From NCBI GenBank assembly GCA_029548865.1, contig JAKPMO010000002.1, positions 64,001-128,000 of the forward strand: a stretch of 64,000 bases of DNA, read 5' to 3'. The translations under genes and the position numbers were made by a program. The stretch's first letter is position 1. The number at the start of each line of letters is the position of its first letter. This document shows positions 9,274 to 24,487 of this stretch, one piece after another. The notes beneath the pieces were generated by a model. The model was given only the letters and a program-made list of their open reading frames with translations. It ran no database searches and was not told the origin of the DNA. Source of the DNA: Caldisericota bacterium (lineage in GTDB: Bacteria > Caldisericota > Caldisericia > JAAYUI01).

Positions 9274-10905
9274 ATGAAACTGATTAAGGAAATTGCTGGC
9301 GTCCTCGGACTCACTGAAGATGACATAGAACTTTACGGCAAATACAAAGCTAAAATCTCCTATGCCACTGCAAAAAAGTACGGATCAGAAAAGAAAGGCA
9401 AACTGATCATTGTCACTGCAATCAACCCCACTCCATTCGGGGAAGGAAAGACAACCACCTCGATAGGTCTTGGTGATGCATTGAGGAAGATTGGTCTGAA
9501 TTCAATAATTTGCCTCAGGGAGCCTTCGCTTGGCCCCTGCATGGGTGTGAAGGGTGGCGCTGTTGGTGGAGGAAAGTCGCTTATAGTGCCAAGTTCCGAC
9601 ATCAACCTCCACTTCACTGGTGACATTCATGCGGTTACAACGGCAAATAACCTTCTCTCCTCGATAATTGACAACTTCATTAAGTACGACCTTGAGCCAA
9701 ATATTGATATAAGGCATGTCCCGTGGAAAAGGTGCGTTGACCTCAATGACAGATGTCTTAGGGAAGTCATTGTCGGTCTTGGAGGGCAGACAAATGGTGT
9801 TGTAAGGGATGAAGGATTTGTTATTTCAGTAGCTTCTGAAATCATGGCGATCCTTTGCCTTTCTGATGATCTTGCCGATCTTAAAGTCAGACTTGGAAGG
9901 ATTGTCTGCGCCTATGGAAATGACGACAAGCCGATAACGCCAAAGGACCTGAAGTGTGTTGGCGCGCTTGCCGCACTGATGGCAGAAGCGATCAAGCCAA
10001 ACCTTGTACAGACAATTGAAGGCACCCCTGTGTTCATACATGGTGGCCCATTTGCGAATATTGCCCACGGCACGAACTCTGTCATAGCGACAAGACTGGC
10101 CCTTGGCCTTGGCGACTACATTGTCCAGGAAACCGGCTTCGGTGCTGATCTTGGATGCGAGAAATTCCTTGATATTGTTGCTCCAAGCAAGGGTCTACCA
10201 CCGGATGCCATTGTAATAGTGGCCTCGACAAGGGCACTCAAGTACAATGGCGGAGTTGGCAAAAAGACTGTCCTGGAGCCAAACGAGCAGGCCATAAGAC
10301 TTGGATTTGCAAACCTTGCCAGGCACATTGAGAACATCAAAAAGTTTGGAATCACGCCGCAGATTGCCATTAACAGGTTCCCTACAGACCTTGATTCCGA
10401 GCTCCAGTTGATCTGCTCGCTGTGCGAGCAGATGGGTGCAAGCGCCGCAATAATCAGTAACTATGAGCAGGGCGGCCAGGGTGCCATTGGTCTTGCAAAG
10501 AACGTTGTTGAGGGAATAAAAAACAATCCGCCAAACTACAAGCCAATCTACGACTACTCGCTCCCGATAAAAGAGAAGATTACGGCAGTTGCAAAGGAAA
10601 TCTATCGCGCAACAAAGGTGAATTTTACTTCCAGAGCCTCTTCCGACATCAAGCGCATTGAAGAGATGGGCTACGGCAATCTACCAGTTTGCATGGCAAA
10701 AACCCAGTACAGCTTCTCTGACAACGAGGACCTTCTTGGTGCGCCAACAGGTTTTGAAGTCACCGTGAGGGAAGCAAAGGTCTCTGCTGGTGCCGGATTT
10801 GTGGTTGCGATATGTGGCGATATAATGCTTATGCCTGGTCTCCCCAAAGAGCCGGCCGCCGAGCACATTGACGTAGACGACAACGGCGTTATAACTGGAA
10901 TCTGA
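9274..10905 (+). CDS. fhs: Formate--tetrahydrofolate ligase
   Basis: TAINPTPFGEGKTTT, LREPSLGP, GGPFANIAHG, CMAKTQYSFSD, MPGLPKEPAA. Confidence 0.97.
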   Translation: MKLIKEIAGVLGLTEDDIELYGKYKAKISYATAKKYGSEKKGKLIIVTAINPTPFGEGKTTTSIGLGDALRKIGLNSIICLREPSLGPCMGVKGGAVGGGKSLIVPSSDINLHFTGDIHAVTTANNLLSSIIDNFIKYDLEPNIDIRHVPWKRCVDLNDRCLREVIVGLGGQTNGVVRDEGFVISVASEIMAILCLSDDLADLKVRLGRIVCAYGNDDKPITPKDLKCVGALAALMAEAIKPNLVQTIEGTPVFIHGGPFANIAHGTNSVIATRLALGLGDYIVQETGFGADLGCEKFLDIVAPSKGLPPDAIVIVASTRALKYNGGVGKKTVLEPNEQAIRLGFANLARHIENIKKFGITPQIAINRFPTDLDSELQLICSLCEQMGASAAIISNYEQGGQGAIGLAKNVVEGIKNNPPNYKPIYDYSLPIKEKITAVAKEIYRATKVNFTSRASSDIKRIEEMGYGNLPVCMAKTQYSFSDNEDLLGAPTGFEVTVREAKVSAGAGFVVAICGDIMLMPGLPKEPAAEHIDVDDNGVITGI

Positions 10906-10914
10906 GGAGGCACA

Positions 10915-11766
10915 ATGGAAATCCTTCTTGACGGCAAACTGCTTGCCGAAAAAATGGACGCAGAATTTGCTCTAAGAGTGGAGAAAATCCGCAAAAACGG
11001 TCTTCCGGTCAAGCTGACCGCCATTCTTGTTGGCAACGATCCCGCCTCCGAAACGTATGTCAGGATGAAGGGTAAAAGGTGCAACAAACTCGGCATGGGT
11101 TCAGAAACAATCAATCTTCCGGAGGGAACAACCCAGCAGCAACTGCTCGAGCTGATTGACAAATTGAATAAAGACAAGGAAACAACAGGCATCCTGACTC
11201 AGCTGCCATTGCCAAAACACATCAATGAGCAGGTGGTCCTTGAGGCAATTGACCCTTCAAAAGACGTTGATTGCTTCCACCCGTACAATGTTGGCAGGCT
11301 CTCCATCGGGTCACCGGTTTTCCTTCCGGCAACACCGGCTGGAATAATCGCCCTTCTTGAGAGATACGGTGCAACCCTTTCCGGAAAAAGGGCCGTTGTG
11401 ATTGGCAGGTCGAATATTGTTGGAAAGCCTGTTTCAATGCTGCTTCTTTCAAAGAATTGCACGGTCACCGTCTGCCACTCGAAAACAGCCGATCTCCCCA
11501 GCGTTGTGAGGGAAGGGGACATTGTGGTCGCAGCAGTTGGCAAGGCAGAGATGGTCAGGGGCGACTGGATAAAGCCGGGTGCCTGGGTCGTTGATGTAGG
11601 CACCAACAAGCTCGAAGATGGCAGACAGGTCGGAGACGTGGCATTTGATGAAGCAAAAGAAGTTGCATATGCAATTTCTCCAGTTCCAAAGGGCGTTGGG
11701 CCAATGACAATCACGATGCTCATGGAAAATACAATCAGATCAGCGGAGTTGAGAGCAAACTTTTAA
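10915..11766 (+). CDS. folD: Bifunctional methylene-THF dehydrogenase/cyclohydrolase
   Basis: KDVDCFHP, PATPAG, GRSNIVGKP, PVPKGVGPMT. Confidence 0.97.
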   Translation: MEILLDGKLLAEKMDAEFALRVEKIRKNGLPVKLTAILVGNDPASETYVRMKGKRCNKLGMGSETINLPEGTTQQQLLELIDKLNKDKETTGILTQLPLPKHINEQVVLEAIDPSKDVDCFHPYNVGRLSIGSPVFLPATPAGIIALLERYGATLSGKRAVVIGRSNIVGKPVSMLLLSKNCTVTVCHSKTADLPSVVREGDIVVAAVGKAEMVRGDWIKPGAWVVDVGTNKLEDGRQVGDVAFDEAKEVAYAISPVPKGVGPMTITMLMENTIRSAELRANF

Positions 11767-12608
11767 TGAAGATAGGCATCTTCATCAGAAAAATCACAGA
11801 GTCAATCGTCATGACTGCGATTGACTCTGTAAGATGGCTGCAAGACAGGGGGATCAGTGTCAGCGCCCCGGAGGATGTTGCAGTCCATCTTGGCATGAAC
11901 GCAGACCCTGATTTTCCTAAGGGGTGTGATTTGGTGCTTTCGCTTGGTGGTGATGGCACCCTGCTGAGGGCAATCCACAAAACGGCCCCGTATGCAATCC
12001 CCGTGCTTGGTATAAATCTTGGCCATCTGGGTTACCTGACCGAAGTTGAAGGCTCATGGCTCAGGAATTCCCTCATCAGAATTATCTCCAACCAGTACGA
12101 TCTGGAGCGCAGGTTCATGATAAGGGGTACCCTCATGAGAGAGGGCAAGGAGCTCCTCACGATTGATGCTGTAAACGATATATATCTTTACAGAAACATT
12201 CTCTCCCAGGTGGTCGATGTTGAAGCGTACGTGGGCGAGGAAAAGGTTTCAACAACAAGGGCTGATGGTCTTATTGTCTTTACCCCCACGGGATCGACAG
12301 CTTATGCACTTTCTGCTGGCGGACCAATAATTGACCCCGAATGCGAAGTCATAGGGATGATCTCCATATGCCCACACAGAATAGACCAACGCCCGATAAT
12401 AATCCCGAACAGCAAACCCTTGAGGCTTGTTTTTGACATGTCTTATGGGCCAGCATCCATTTTTGCCGACGGAGACATTGTTTCCCAGCTTCGTCCGCAA
12501 GACGAGCTGACTGTGACAAGGTCACCGTATAACGCCGTTTTTGCAAAATTCGGCCAAAAAGAGTTCTATAGGGTCCTTCAAATAAAATTCAACTGGGGAA
12601 AAAGATAG
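11766..12608 (+). CDS. nadK: NAD(+) kinase
   Basis: GGDGT, GINLGHLGYL, DGLIVFTPTGSTAYALSAGGP. Confidence 0.95.
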   Translation: MKIGIFIRKITESIVMTAIDSVRWLQDRGISVSAPEDVAVHLGMNADPDFPKGCDLVLSLGGDGTLLRAIHKTAPYAIPVLGINLGHLGYLTEVEGSWLRNSLIRIISNQYDLERRFMIRGTLMREGKELLTIDAVNDIYLYRNILSQVVDVEAYVGEEKVSTTRADGLIVFTPTGSTAYALSAGGPIIDPECEVIGMISICPHRIDQRPIIIPNSKPLRLVFDMSYGPASIFADGDIVSQLRPQDELTVTRSPYNAVFAKFGQKEFYRVLQIKFNWGKR

Positions 12609-12611
12609 GCG

Positions 12612-18188
<5,577 letters not shown>

Positions 18189-18297
18189 TGCCTCCTCAAG
18201 AAGAAGATATTACCATCTAAGAACACAAGGTCAACACAATCTCTTGACATTGGGCGGTTTTCAGCGGAAACTCCACTAGAAAGAAAAGGAGAGAAAA

Positions 18298-18612
18298 ATG
18301 ATAAAAGAAGTCAGATTTGACATCGGTTGCGAAAACCTTGAAAAGATGCTCGAGTTTTACAAAAAACTTGGCGCAAAAGAAATTTCCAAAGAAGATGATT
18401 TTATCGCTCTCGAAATTGGCAATGTGAAGTTCGCCCTGTGGAAGGCTGAAGAAGACCAGCAGGGAGTTGGATTGACTTTTGTCAGCGACGACTATGAGAA
18501 AGAAAAGGCACTCCTGAAAAATGAAAAAGCAGTCATTGAGGAATGGGAAGACTGTAACATGGTGCTTTTTGAGGACCCGGACACCAACGCAATGTCTCTG
18601 CTTGGGGAGTAG
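18298..18612 (+). CDS. VOC/glyoxalase family protein
   Basis: LEKMLEFYKKLG and FEDPDTN motifs; AGGAGA SD. Confidence 0.8.
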   Translation: MIKEVRFDIGCENLEKMLEFYKKLGAKEISKEDDFIALEIGNVKFALWKAEEDQQGVGLTFVSDDYEKEKALLKNEKAVIEEWEDCNMVLFEDPDTNAMSLLGE

Positions 18613-18618
18613 CCTTAG

Positions 18619-19242
18619 CTAGATAGATTCAAAAATCATCCTGCGTTCAACAGGGGAGAATGGCTCTTCTCCCCCAAGTGCTTCTTTCAGCAGCATCGAA
18701 ACAGTGTTTATTTTGTCCTCCCTCACCAGAAAGGAAACTTGGATATTCTCACCAAAGCTGGTTTGGGGGGACTTGTCATATTCACGGACCAATTTTTCTA
18801 TCTTCGCCCATTCCCTGTAGCCAATGGTCCCGTTCATCAATGAAAATGGTGCCATTCTGCCCATTTTTGCAGACAGGACGCAGGACTGGGCGGCCTCTGA
18901 ATAGGCCCTTGTGAGACCGCCTGTCCCAAGAAGCGTTCCACCAAACTTTCTCATCACGACAATCCCACAATTTATCAGGTTCTTGCGTTGCAAGACATTC
19001 AGTATGGGTCTGCCGGCTGTTCCGGAAGGTTCACCATCGTCGCTTGCCTTTTCAACAAGCGTTGGGTTCCTGAGCCTGACTGCACTGCAGAAATGGCACA
19101 TTTCCCTGTTTTTCTGCCTGAGTTCCGAAATGAAACCCTCAAACTCCGCAAGCGATTTTGAGGGGACAAGAAACGAGAAAAATTCGGACTTCTTCTCCTC
19201 AAGGTAGCCTTCCGAGCGCCAGGCAACGGTCAGTTCTTCCAA
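18619..19242 (-). CDS. yigZ: YigZ/IMPACT family protein
   Basis: KKSEF, SDDGEPSGTAGRP, RKFGGTLLGTGGLTRAY. Confidence 0.92.
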   Translation of the reverse strand: MEELTVAWRSEGYLEEKKSEFFSFLVPSKSLAEFEGFISELRQKNREMCHFCSAVRLRNPTLVEKASDDGEPSGTAGRPILNVLQRKNLINCGIVVMRKFGGTLLGTGGLTRAYSEAAQSCVLSAKMGRMAPFSLMNGTIGYREWAKIEKLVREYDKSPQTSFGENIQVSFLVREDKINTVSMLLKEALGGEEPFSPVERRMIFESI

Positions 19243-19251
19243 ATGTATCCT

Positions 19252-20067
19252 TTACGACCTCTCTATCACATATTTGTTTATTGGTACAGCTGCAACCATA
19301 CACAAGATGGTCTCGGGAACAAGGTGTATGGCTATGTAAATTGAGGTGTAGCCCAGTATGCTGTATCCTGGCCATGCGAATGTGTAGAAGAACAGCATCC
19401 CGGACAGCAAGTGGGCAAGAAAACGTGCAAATGCACCAATCGCAACACCACCTGCTGGCGACCATGCCCCACCCCTCTTTGCGATCAGGAACCCTGGAAC
19501 GAGCAACCCAAGCATTATTGCCAGTGCAACAAATTTGTCCCAGGAATACCCGCCCTCAAGCACCAGGTCCAGTATGAACCCGCCACAAACCAGCAGTACC
19601 AGTCCGCCTATTACCCACAGGAGCGTTTTTTTCTCGCCACCCGTTTTCCACAGCCCAGCCAGACCGACAAGCCCCCATGCTACCGGATAATCAAGCAGAA
19701 ATTGTGGCAGATTGTAGAATAACGGGTCTGGAAAATATTGGAGACATCCGGCAATAACACCGGTGATAACTCCGGGCACAACCCCTTTCGTCAATGCCAC
19801 AACAACCACCGGCACCATTGCCAGCGAGATTGTTCCGCCTTCCGGCATCCTGAAGAATGGAAAGTAGCCAAATACCAGCGACAATCCGGAGCAAATTCCA
19901 ACGATTGCAATCGTGTGGACATCCCATTTGTATTTCCGTGATGCAATAATGAGGAATACAAAAAAAGCCAGAATTGCCAAAGTGATAAGGAAGTTGAAGG
20001 AGTTGAAATAGCTGGCAATTTTCTCGAAGAGGCCCGTTTGGGCCACAACACCAGAATCACTAAGCAT
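19252..20067 (-). CDS. thiT: ECF transporter S component for thiamine (ThiT)
   Basis: RMPEGGTI, QFLLDYP, RFLAHLLSGMLFF motifs; upstream TPP riboswitch. Confidence 0.88.
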   Translation of the reverse strand: MLSDSGVVAQTGLFEKIASYFNSFNFLITLAILAFFVFLIIASRKYKWDVHTIAIVGICSGLSLVFGYFPFFRMPEGGTISLAMVPVVVVALTKGVVPGVITGVIAGCLQYFPDPLFYNLPQFLLDYPVAWGLVGLAGLWKTGGEKKTLLWVIGGLVLLVCGGFILDLVLEGGYSWDKFVALAIMLGLLVPGFLIAKRGGAWSPAGGVAIGAFARFLAHLLSGMLFFYTFAWPGYSILGYTSIYIAIHLVPETILCMVAAVPINKYVIERS

Positions 20068-20104
20068 GCAAAAGCCTCCTTTTAAATTATCAGGAGGGAG
20101 GAAG

Positions 20105-20195
20105 GTCCCATTCCCTGCGCTGGTATTACCCAGATCAGGTCTTGCGGGTCGGGCTTTTCGCCCATCTCAGCCTTCACAGCACCCCGATGGTTATT
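20105..20195 (-). ncRNA. TPP riboswitch (probably translational control of thiT)
   Basis: Minus strand reads CCATCGGGGTGC..GCTGAGA..GACCC..ACCTGATCTGGGTAATACCAGCGCAGGGAATGG. Downstream CCTCCCTCCT can pair with the AGGAGG SD of thiT. Confidence 0.95.
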
Positions 20196-20271
20196 AAGAC
20201 ATTTCCTTGTTACATCCAGAAGGGGGCTGTGTCAAGAAAGTGTGGTCAGGCTATTTTTGAGACGGTCAAAT

Positions 20272-20304
20272 AAAAAAGCCTCTCCATCTAAAGATGGAGA
20301 GGCT
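20272..20304 (-). terminator. Rho-independent terminator of the TetR operon
   Basis: 13-bp inverted repeat AGCCTCTCCATCT/AGATGGAGAGGCT followed by a T run on the minus strand. Confidence 0.8.
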
Positions 20305-20317
20305 GGACATCTTTTGG

Positions 20318-21064
20318 TTATCTTGCTTTTGTGCCTGTCTTTGGGGTTATGGTTATTGTGGGTGGTTCATCAGAGCTGGACTTTGCGCCTGTGCTTGGTG
20401 TTATGGTTATCGGAGGCGTGTTGGGGTTTGGCAACAGTTTGTTTGATTCAATCTTGAATTTGAGCACTGGGGGTGTCTCAAATGAGTAAACGCCGCCTTC
20501 TTTGCTATCTTTAATATGATATGTTACCGTTGTATCGCCTTTCATGATGTGAGGTGCCGGGTTTGTATTTTCATAAACGAAGTAAGTGCTCTCTTCGCCG
20601 TTTTCTTCGATTTTGTACGTCACTGTTGTGTCGCCTTCCATTTTTTCAGAGGAAGGAACAACGATCGTGTTTGGCTGCTCTGGCATAGGTACCGCCTCAT
20701 AATTGAACATTCCGGTTGGAGGTATGGCATCATTAATTTTAAAATTGAATGCATTGTTTGCCGAAACATCGGGCAAAGTTGTTGTTACGGTCCCTATGGA
20801 ACTCACCAAGTATTCATTTTGGTTCTTGCCGATATTTGTAGTCACAAGGGCCACGGACAATCCGATGATTGCAACGCCCATTGCCCCAATGATCATTGGC
20901 GAAACCGAGACAGTCTTCTTGAGCGATTTTGAAAACCAGCTCGGGCCTGCGGGTCTGTATTCAAACATTTCCGTTGCGATCTTTCTTGCCGCTTCCTTGT
21001 CAAGGCCCTGTGTTTTTACCATGTGTTCTGCGAGTTCTTCTATTCTTTCGTCTCTTTCGTTCAT
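20318..21064 (-). CDS. Hypothetical single-TM protein with internal repeats
   Basis: GAGGGA SD, one TM, duplicated GDTTVTY and P(I/T)ITIT P segments; directly downstream of TetR. Confidence 0.75.
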   Translation of the reverse strand: MNERDERIEELAEHMVKTQGLDKEAARKIATEMFEYRPAGPSWFSKSLKKTVSVSPMIIGAMGVAIIGLSVALVTTNIGKNQNEYLVSSIGTVTTTLPDVSANNAFNFKINDAIPPTGMFNYEAVPMPEQPNTIVVPSSEKMEGDTTVTYKIEENGEESTYFVYENTNPAPHIMKGDTTVTYHIKDSKEGGVYSFETPPVLKFKIESNKLLPNPNTPPITITPSTGAKSSSDEPPTITITPKTGTKAR

Positions 21065-21087
21065 TTATTTTCCCTCACTTTCCTTTT

Positions 21088-21702
21088 TTACTTTCTGACC
21101 ATACGCATGTAAAAACCAATTAATTCCTCACCTTTGTTTTCGATAACAGAACCACCAGGTGCAAAGAGGTCCCTGTTTGAGAGGTAGTAGTAAATAAGGC
21201 TGGTCCAGCAATTGAAGGCCAGGTGCCCCGGCAGGTCCTTAAAAATCCAGTTTGTGACCCCCTTCTTCAATCCTCTCTGGAAATGGTGCGAAACAACAGA
21301 CTGGATGCCTATGAGGACGTTTCTTGCATCACTCGGGAGCCTCGATATTGACGAGACCAGTTGTGCATAAAAAGGCTCGTATTCCCCGATGACCTTGAGG
21401 TCGGCCCTCAGTATCTTTTCAAGGTCGTTCTCCTCTTTTACGAGGTTGTTGAATTTTTCGACAATCTGCGAGCCATACTCATTGATGACCCTTACCAGAA
21501 GGTCATCCTTTTTGGGAAAATGGGCAAAGATCGTGCCGTATGAAACATTTGCCGCTTTGGCGACATCCTGGACGTTTGTGTCGGCAAGGCCTTTGTCCAC
21601 AAATTCCCTCAATGCAGCCTGGAGAATGTTGTTCCTCGTGTTCTCTTTCTGCTGCTTCCTGTTCGTTGACTCACCAGTCATTGATTCATTAGTCATTGAC
21701 AT
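21088..21702 (-). CDS. TetR/AcrR family transcriptional regulator
   Basis: TRNNILQAALREFVDKG..VQDVAKAANVSYGTIFAHFPKKDDL HTH; start chosen from promoter geometry. Confidence 0.93.
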   Translation of the reverse strand: MSMTNESMTGESTNRKQQKENTRNNILQAALREFVDKGLADTNVQDVAKAANVSYGTIFAHFPKKDDLLVRVINEYGSQIVEKFNNLVKEENDLEKILRADLKVIGEYEPFYAQLVSSISRLPSDARNVLIGIQSVVSHHFQRGLKKGVTNWIFKDLPGHLAFNCWTSLIYYYLSNRDLFAPGGSVIENKGEELIGFYMRMVRK

Positions 21703-21737
21703 GTGAGTCATCATAATCGTCAATTTTGATTTGTCAA
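21667..21737 (-). promoter_or_regulatory. TetR promoter (TTGACA-N16-TATGAT) overlapped by three tandem 15-bp palindromic boxes (putative operators)
   Basis: Plus strand: TGACTCACCAGTCAT, TGATTCATTAGTCAT, TGACATGTGAGTCAT at 21667-21711. Confidence 0.7.
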
Positions 21738-21851
21738 GTTTTTTAAGGAACGCCCTGTTTGCTTACTATTGTTTTAAGTTTCACGGCATTGTTTTTAAAA
21801 TATGGAACTCTTAGAACAAAATCATTGAAAACTGGTGGAGGAGGGAATTTG

Positions 21852-23033
21852 ATGAGGAGATGCATATCTGTTGTTTTGCTTTTGTTGTGCCTGTTTCTGG
21901 CGTCATTTCCTGCCAGTGCTGAAAACAAGACAGTGTCATTGGACAAAGAGCATGTCTACAATGGTCATGTCAATTCAAGATTTTGTGTCTGGAGAAACGC
22001 AGCGAAGGGCAATTCGTCAGTATTGAACTTGTTTGACATGGCAAATGGCAAACAGTTCAAGATCAATAGTGGCATCATGCTTGAGATGGCACAATACCAG
22101 GAAGAAATTCATTTGAGTTCGGCGTATGTTTGTTGGAGCTCAATTGGTCCAGGCTGGCCAAAATATGGAATGGCGTGCACTGGCACCACACCAAAGAAGC
22201 TTTGCGAGAACAGTACCATTGATAAACGTGCAAATATTTATGACAGCAGGGTGGTTTTCTTTTCCACTGACAATGGGCGTGGCATTTACTGGAATGATAT
22301 TGCTGATATGGAATCCAAACCTGTGCTTATAGATAAATTAGCTGAACGAACAGCCTATTATTACGAGAAGTTCCCCCGCATTGCCAATGGGAAGGTTGTT
22401 TATTGCAGGCCAAATGAGGAATCGGGTCTGGAAGAGGTTTGCCTTTATGACACCGAGACAGGGGAATTGCAGGTAATAGATTCTGCAAAAGAAGTTGTCA
22501 TGCCCAATATCACCAGAGAATTCATCATCTATGGCGTCATGGACAAAGGAGGCAACCCCGAACTGAGGGCCCTGAACCTGGAAACGAATGAGAAATTCAC
22601 ATTCTTTGACAAAACTCTGGCAAAAATGACCATTTCTATACCAAACAACCCTTATTCAGAACTGTTTCTTTTCAAAACCAGGACGAAAACCCGCTATGAT
22701 TCAGTTGACAAACTTATGTGCTATGACCCGATTACAAAGAAGACAATTACAATTGCGGAGCCTTCATCAAATGGCGATAAGCCAAAGGATGCTTTTTATC
22801 TTGAAAGCCTTTCCGGGTGCTGTTGCGGAAGAAGGGTCGCATATTGTGAAAAGATAGGCCTCAACAGCCAAAGTGGCAAGCTGTTTGTTGTTGATGTCAA
22901 GAAAGATGGCTCCCTGAAAAAGACTGACATCGTGTCCGATTACGCTGAAATTGGAATTTTCAGGGTTTTTTGCGACAAAATGATTTATACAATCAGGAAC
23001 AAGGGCCTGTATTTAACACAGCTGGGAGAATGA
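21852..23033 (+). CDS. Secreted hypothetical protein (TolB-like/beta-propeller repeats)
   Basis: GGAGGAGGG SD, signal peptide ending ASA; repeated LYD..TG / LNLETNEK / CYDPITKK strands. Confidence 0.7.
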   Translation: MRRCISVVLLLLCLFLASFPASAENKTVSLDKEHVYNGHVNSRFCVWRNAAKGNSSVLNLFDMANGKQFKINSGIMLEMAQYQEEIHLSSAYVCWSSIGPGWPKYGMACTGTTPKKLCENSTIDKRANIYDSRVVFFSTDNGRGIYWNDIADMESKPVLIDKLAERTAYYYEKFPRIANGKVVYCRPNEESGLEEVCLYDTETGELQVIDSAKEVVMPNITREFIIYGVMDKGGNPELRALNLETNEKFTFFDKTLAKMTISIPNNPYSELFLFKTRTKTRYDSVDKLMCYDPITKKTITIAEPSSNGDKPKDAFYLESLSGCCCGRRVAYCEKIGLNSQSGKLFVVDVKKDGSLKKTDIVSDYAEIGIFRVFCDKMIYTIRNKGLYLTQLGE

Positions 23034-23048
23034 CAAAACTGGAAAAAC

Positions 23049-23078
23049 AAAAGCCCCGGGGTCGGCGGGGCCTTTTTT
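23049..23078. terminator. Bidirectional hairpin terminator
   Basis: AAAAGCCCCG..CGGGGCCTTTTTT. Confidence 0.7.
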
Positions 23079-23135
23079 AGGAGAGGAAAAAAGTTTTAAC
23101 TTGCTTTGGGATCGGGGAGGTCATTCCCGATACAA
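23049..23135 (-). ncRNA. Candidate small RNA
   Basis: 5' hairpin ATCGGGAA-TGACC-TCCCCGAT, single-stranded TTCCTCTCCT, then a terminator; lies between two independent terminators. Confidence 0.4.
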
Positions 23136-23173
23136 CCCTTACAAACGATTTTCGGGTTTTGTTCCCAAAAAAC

Positions 23174-23202
23174 AAAAAGCCCTGCTAAAAGCAGGGCTTT
23201 TT
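23174..23202 (-). terminator. Terminator of the PQQ-propeller gene
   Basis: AAAAAGCCCTGCT-AAA-AGCAGGGCTTTTT. Confidence 0.8.
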
Positions 23203-23224
23203 GAATATCGGTCAATTTTTTAGG

Positions 23225-24382
23225 CTATTTGCCGGTTGCCGCCTTGTCCTCGAAGCAGTAGAGTTTTCCATCTGCAGAGCCAATATAAACCCTGTTTTTG
23301 TATACGGCAGGGGAAGCAAATATCCTGTCGCTAGTTTCGAAATGCCAGAGTTTTTTGCCTGTGATCGTGTCTATCAGGTAAACGTTCTTGTCTGCCGAAC
23401 CAACAAACATTTTTGTGCCTGCGATCGCTGGCGTTGACGGGATTGGCACCCAAAGGCCAGGATCAAATGACCAGAGCTCTTTGCCGTCTTCTATCGAAAC
23501 ACAGTAAACGACTCCTGCGTTTGAACCGACAATAAGCCTGTCAATGTAGACTGAAGGCGTCGAGACGATGTCTCCGCCAGTCTTGAATTCCCATATTTTC
23601 TCGCCAGTTGTTGCATTCAGGCAGTATATTTTGTCGTCGTAGGAACCAAAAAACACTCTGTCCCCCCAGACGGATGGCGTTGAAACGACGGCGTTGTCTG
23701 TCTTGAAAGACCACAGCTCGTTCCCGTTCTTGGCGTTCAGACAATACACGTTGTAGTCATTCGAGCCGACGTATGCCCTGTCATTTACCACTGTGACCGA
23801 GGAGCCTATCGGACCTTTTGTTTCAAAGCGCCATGCTTCCTGGCCTGACGACAGGTCAACGCAGTAAACATTGCGGTCTATTGAAGCGTAGTAGATCTTT
23901 GACTGGTAGATTGTGGGTGATGAAAAGTTCTGGGTGCCTTCAATTTCCCAGACTGTTTCACCTGTGGCAGAGCTGAGACAGTAAAGCTTTTTGTCCTGGC
24001 TTGCAAAGCAGACATACCCGCCAGAAACTGCCGGTGAACCAACGGTTCCGCCAGTTTCATGCTTCCATATCAGCGAACCCTCAACACTGTCGATGCAATA
24101 AAGGTTTTTGTCGAAACATCCGAAGAAACACTTTTCATTTTCGAATGCACAGGATGAGGTTATTGGCCCCTTTGTTGCAAAAGACCATTTTTTTATGAGG
24201 TCACTCGTTTGCGGCCCGCAAGTGCCGTGCACTGATGAATTGTGTGATGCACTCTGCCCAAACATTGACCAGTTGCACTCTCCAGAGGGGCCAGGGCCTT
24301 CATTGAACGCCCTGGTGCATGATGATGTCAGGGTGACCATAACAACCAGAATCAGGCTTTTTTGGACAAATCCAATTTTCAT
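23225..24382 (-). CDS. PQQ-binding-like (BamB-type) beta-propeller lipoprotein
   Basis: Lipobox-like TSSC; eight W.F.T...I.S.P....VY.GS.D..LYCL repeats. Confidence 0.9.
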   Translation of the reverse strand: MKIGFVQKSLILVVMVTLTSSCTRAFNEGPGPSGECNWSMFGQSASHNSSVHGTCGPQTSDLIKKWSFATKGPITSSCAFENEKCFFGCFDKNLYCIDSVEGSLIWKHETGGTVGSPAVSGGYVCFASQDKKLYCLSSATGETVWEIEGTQNFSSPTIYQSKIYYASIDRNVYCVDLSSGQEAWRFETKGPIGSSVTVVNDRAYVGSNDYNVYCLNAKNGNELWSFKTDNAVVSTPSVWGDRVFFGSYDDKIYCLNATTGEKIWEFKTGGDIVSTPSVYIDRLIVGSNAGVVYCVSIEDGKELWSFDPGLWVPIPSTPAIAGTKMFVGSADKNVYLIDTITGKKLWHFETSDRIFASPAVYKNRVYIGSADGKLYCFEDKAATGK

Positions 24383-24438
24383 TTGGCTAAATATTATTAC
24401 CAGATTGGCAAGTCTTCAAGCCTCCAGCCAGCTAAAAT

Positions 24439-24469
24439 AAAAAAGAGGGGGCAAAACCCCCTCTTTTTT
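24439..24469 (-). terminator. Terminator after the giant Cys-rich gene
   Basis: AAAAAAGAGGGGG-CAAAA-CCCCCTCTTTTTT. Confidence 0.75.
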
Positions 24470-24487
24470 CAGAAAATTTGCTTAATG

